A stretch of 16,029 bases of DNA from a virus. The notes under the pieces are model-generated. The model had not been told where the DNA came from. It ran no database searches and was given only the letters and a program-made list of their open reading frames with translations. The position numbers were made by a program, and so were the translations under genes. Below, piece by piece: positions 14,436 to 16,029 of this stretch; within the stretch, counting starts at the first letter, position 1; each line of letters begins with the position of its first letter. The stretch spans positions 1-16,029 of the IMG/VR virus record IMGVR_UViG_3300007775_000008; one strand, 5' to 3'.

Positions 14436-14475
14436 TTTGTTAGGCTACTTCAATGAACCTATCGATAACCTATTT

Positions 14476-15069
14476 CTACTTTCTTTCTTTATCGTAAGGG
14501 ATACGAGCATCTGGAAAGCTTCTTCTTAATTTAGAAATTTTGTTATGTACTGTTGTGACTTTCCAAAAGTCTAACCCTTTACCTTTAGTCCAATCTGAAA
14601 TTTCCTTTGCAGTTTTATTTTCACACCATAATTCAACAGCTTTACGTTCCTGGTCCGAAATACTTACTGGTAAATGGTCACAAGGACTCCAAATTTCTCC
14701 CATCGTTTTTACTGTGTCACCTTCCTGCAGTACCTTGGCATATGGCCCCCCCCAAATATAATCCTTATCTATTACACTTTTCCAAAACAACCAAAACAAA
14801 ACGATATTTAGTCTATTCACTTTGTCTGTTTTGTCTCTCAATACCACTTCTATTTTGCATCCATAACCTGTATGTTCAAAACTAATATAAGCACCAGAGA
14901 AGCTTATCGAATAATGCTCATCTTCTCTCCACTCATTAAGATGCGTCTTTATTTTTAGTTTTGTAAGATGTCTGTCGAACCATGCTGAAAGATAGCTTGG
15001 ACTTTGACCCGATTTTGCAATCCAAGATTCGGGAAGTTCATCAAGTTCTTTTTCCAATAATTCATTCAT
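14476..15069 (-). CDS. Putative transcription regulator with a C-terminal LuxR/sigma-70 region-4-like HTH
   Basis: The ATG at 15069 is preceded by GGAGA-TAAGAGAC. The C-terminus reads SDQERKAVELWCENKTAKEISDW...TVHNKISKLRR. The gene is visibly AT-richer than its neighbours. Confidence 0.6.
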   Translation of the reverse strand: MNELLEKELDELPESWIAKSGQSPSYLSAWFDRHLTKLKIKTHLNEWREDEHYSISFSGAYISFEHTGYGCKIEVVLRDKTDKVNRLNIVLFWLFWKSVIDKDYIWGGPYAKVLQEGDTVKTMGEIWSPCDHLPVSISDQERKAVELWCENKTAKEISDWTKGKGLDFWKVTTVHNKISKLRRSFPDARIPYDKERK

Positions 15070-15084
15070 GTCTCTTATCTCCAA

Positions 15085-15114
15085 TTGACTAGCCCCGCTC
15101 GGAGATGCTATAAT
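15085..15114 (+). promoter_or_regulatory. Near-consensus sigma-70 promoter on the plus strand
   Basis: TTGACT (15085-15090), an 18-nt spacer, then TATAAT (15109-15114). It lies back-to-back with the RBS of the minus-strand regulator gene. Confidence 0.6.
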
Positions 15115-15120
15115 CAGTCC

Positions 15121-15185
15121 GAGCATGAGCCCGTGATCTCATGCACTCCCATCTCCGCCCTGGACGAACAGGACGGAGATTTTTT
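15121..15185 (+). ncRNA. Candidate ~65-nt plus-strand small/antisense RNA
   Basis: It is fired from the promoter above. Hairpin 1 is GCATGAG-cccgtgat-CTCATGC (15123-15144). Hairpin 2 is the terminator. Only a 3-codon ORF is present. Confidence 0.5.
15151..15185 (+). terminator. Plus-strand intrinsic terminator
   Basis: ATCTCCGCCCTG-gacgaa-CAGGACGGAGAT (a 12-bp stem with one G-T pair) is followed by TTTTT. On the minus strand the same hairpin lacks a U-tract. Confidence 0.65.
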
Positions 15186-15211
15186 ATAGGGGAGATATTA
15201 TTTTACAAGAT

Positions 15212-15448
15212 TTAATTCACCTCGCTTAGCTTGTTTGCCAATCCTTGGGCCAACATTGCGAGTTTCATTCTAAACGTAAGCTTGTTACCCAGCAATGCCT
15301 GATATGAGCATGAACTCCAAATTGTGACGGGCTTCCCATAATGTGGGGATACTTTGCCATTGCAAAAGTGATCGTCTGTTGAAGTTTCTCTACCTTTGAT
15401 TTGAGTCCTACACATCAAGCAGACAGTTCCGACCTTCTTTTTTTCCAT
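15212..15448 (-). CDS. Small Cys-rich hypothetical protein (78 aa), coupled to the tape-measure stop
   Basis: GGAGG-CGTGTAGG-ATG, with the ATG 1 nt after the tape-measure TAG. It contains CLMC and HFC motifs. Confidence 0.6.
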   Translation of the reverse strand: MEKKKVGTVCLMCRTQIKGRETSTDDHFCNGKVSPHYGKPVTIWSSCSYQALLGNKLTFRMKLAMLAQGLANKLSEVN

Positions 15449-15449
15449 C

Positions 15450-16029
15450 CTACACGCCTCCTAAATTGAAAATCAACTCGTTGGCCAGCATATCAACCCG
15501 CTGATCGATCTCTCCACGAATTTGACGTAGTGTAAGACCGCTATTGAAATACTGGTTGATCGTCTGCTGCTGTGAATTGGACTGGTTCGTGATCGGTTGT
15601 ACCAGCGAACGCGCCATATCTTCAGGAGAGACGCGCTGCAAACCCATCTGAAAGCCCTGTGCGGTGAACATGCCCAGCTTCATAGCTTCTACCGACGGCG
15701 AACCAATCCCCAAAGATTTCTTGATCGCGCTTAGTACCGTCTCACCTACTTTTGTAGCAACCGTCAATAGTCCGGGGATGCCAAGCAACATGCCGTTCGC
15801 CAATCCCTGCAGGATGTATTTACCAACCAGCCCCCAATCGATGCGAGAGAATGTATCGCGGATATAGGTCACAAGTTTGCCGAGCGCATCACGCATGAAT
15901 GTCATGAACTTATTCCAGGCGTCCTTGATGCCGAAAATCTTCTCGAATACTTTGTTGAAACGTTCCACGAAGGCATCCCAGGCTTCCTGCAGGTATTCCG
16001 TGGCCGCATCCGTATCACCTTTCAGGAAA
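15450..16029 (-). CDS. Phage tail tape measure protein, C-terminal part (same gene as 1..1310 across the junction; about 588 aa in total)
   Basis: Track ORF 15450..15968 is in frame with the ORF from 1310 (1310 minus 62 equals 1248, a multiple of 3). The track's initial 'M' is an internal GTG valine. The sequence contains the LGIGSPSVEAMKLGMFTAQGF motif common in tape measure C-terminal regions. Stop is TAG at 15450-15452. Confidence 0.8.
   Translation of the reverse strand, partial: FLKGDTDAATEYLQEAWDAFVERFNKVFEKIFGIKDAWNKFMTFMRDALGKLVTYIRDTFSRIDWGLVGKYILQGLANGMLLGIPGLLTVATKVGETVLSAIKKSLGIGSPSVEAMKLGMFTAQGFQMGLQRVSPEDMARSLVQPITNQSNSQQQTINQYFNSGLTLRQIRGEIDQRVDMLANELIFNLGGV
15907..16029. repeat. 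Right copy of the exact 123-bp terminal direct repeat
   Basis: Identical to 1-123. It lies inside the tape-measure reading frame. Confidence 0.95.

Larger units (their letters stand above)
1..15906. mobile_element. One full unit of a circular (or terminally redundant) 15,906-bp integrative, self-replicating, satellite-like phage-derived element
   Basis: The exact 123-bp overlap of the window ends gives the unit length. It carries two recombinases, an excisionase-like HTH, a primase-helicase, a RepA-like ATPase and one tail gene. No capsid, terminase or portal is recognisable. Confidence 0.6.

Noticed and set aside
14437-14463. Minus-strand promoter TTGAAG-N15-TAATAT for the RHH operon
   Set aside because: The spacer is short, and the predicted start would fall directly on the terminator hairpin. 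It is plausible but too weak to report as a feature.
3751-15126. Longer N-terminal extensions given by the ORF track (starts at 3772, 4191, 5095, 9668, 10039, 11581, 13672 and 15126)
   Set aside because: Several of these are TTG/GTG codons that lie on top of the SD sequence of a downstream ATG. The downstream ATGs have AGGAG-type RBSs at 5-9 nt and sit exactly at the upstream stop codons, which fits the compact coupling seen throughout.
15907-16029. The 123-bp repeat as genuine phage direct terminal repeats (physical genome ends)
   Set aside because: The repeat sits in the middle of an ORF that reads through the junction in frame. Real DTR termini are normally intergenic, so an assembly overlap of a circular or permuted molecule is the simpler reading.
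1-16029. CRISPR array, tRNA/tmRNA or rRNA genes
   Set aside because: There are no spaced 25-40-bp repeats, only 11-bp tandem duplications. I found no T-loop-like GGTTCGAATCC/GTTCRANYC within a cloverleaf context in either strand of the intergenic regions. This was a by-eye scan, so tRNAscan or Infernal should confirm it.

Overview
The window appears to be one complete small replicon written with overlapping ends. Bases 1-123 are identical to bases 15907-16029, which gives a 15,906-bp unit. The junction falls in frame inside a gene. I checked by hand that the minus-strand frame starting at ATG 1310 has no stop down to base 3. After the wrap it continues as the listed ORF ending at 15450, giving about 588 aa. 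That product looks like a phage tail tape measure protein. All ~24 credible CDS lie on the minus strand, tightly packed with ATGA/short overlaps and AGGAG-type RBSs.

Recognisable genes:
- a tyrosine integrase and a large serine recombinase, the latter followed by a coupled excisionase-like HTH
- a Prim-Pol/PriCT/DUF3987-like primase-helicase and a RepA/AAA_25-like ATPase
- an RHH / HExxH-zincin / RHH-like trio and a C-terminal-HTH regulator
- an SH3b lipoprotein and a 4-TM protein with a zinc-ribbon tail
- several small CxxC proteins

I recognise no capsid, portal, terminase, lysis, relaxase or coupling protein. The element therefore reads as an integrative, self-replicating, satellite-like or phage-derived element whose only virion gene is a tape measure.

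Non-coding signals:
- a ~620-bp structured non-coding island (10040-10660) with two 11-bp tandem repeats, AT-rich palindromes, a GC-rich core with a five-tract G4/i-motif sequence and long perfect hairpins; it could be an ori, a cos/pac site or an RNA
- two small plus-strand promoter-hairpin-terminator units (about 15121-15185 and about 4537-4598) that would make antisense RNAs opposite the otherwise unidirectional transcription
- attP-like dyads next to each recombinase

All protein family calls are by-eye motif recognition; no searches were run.
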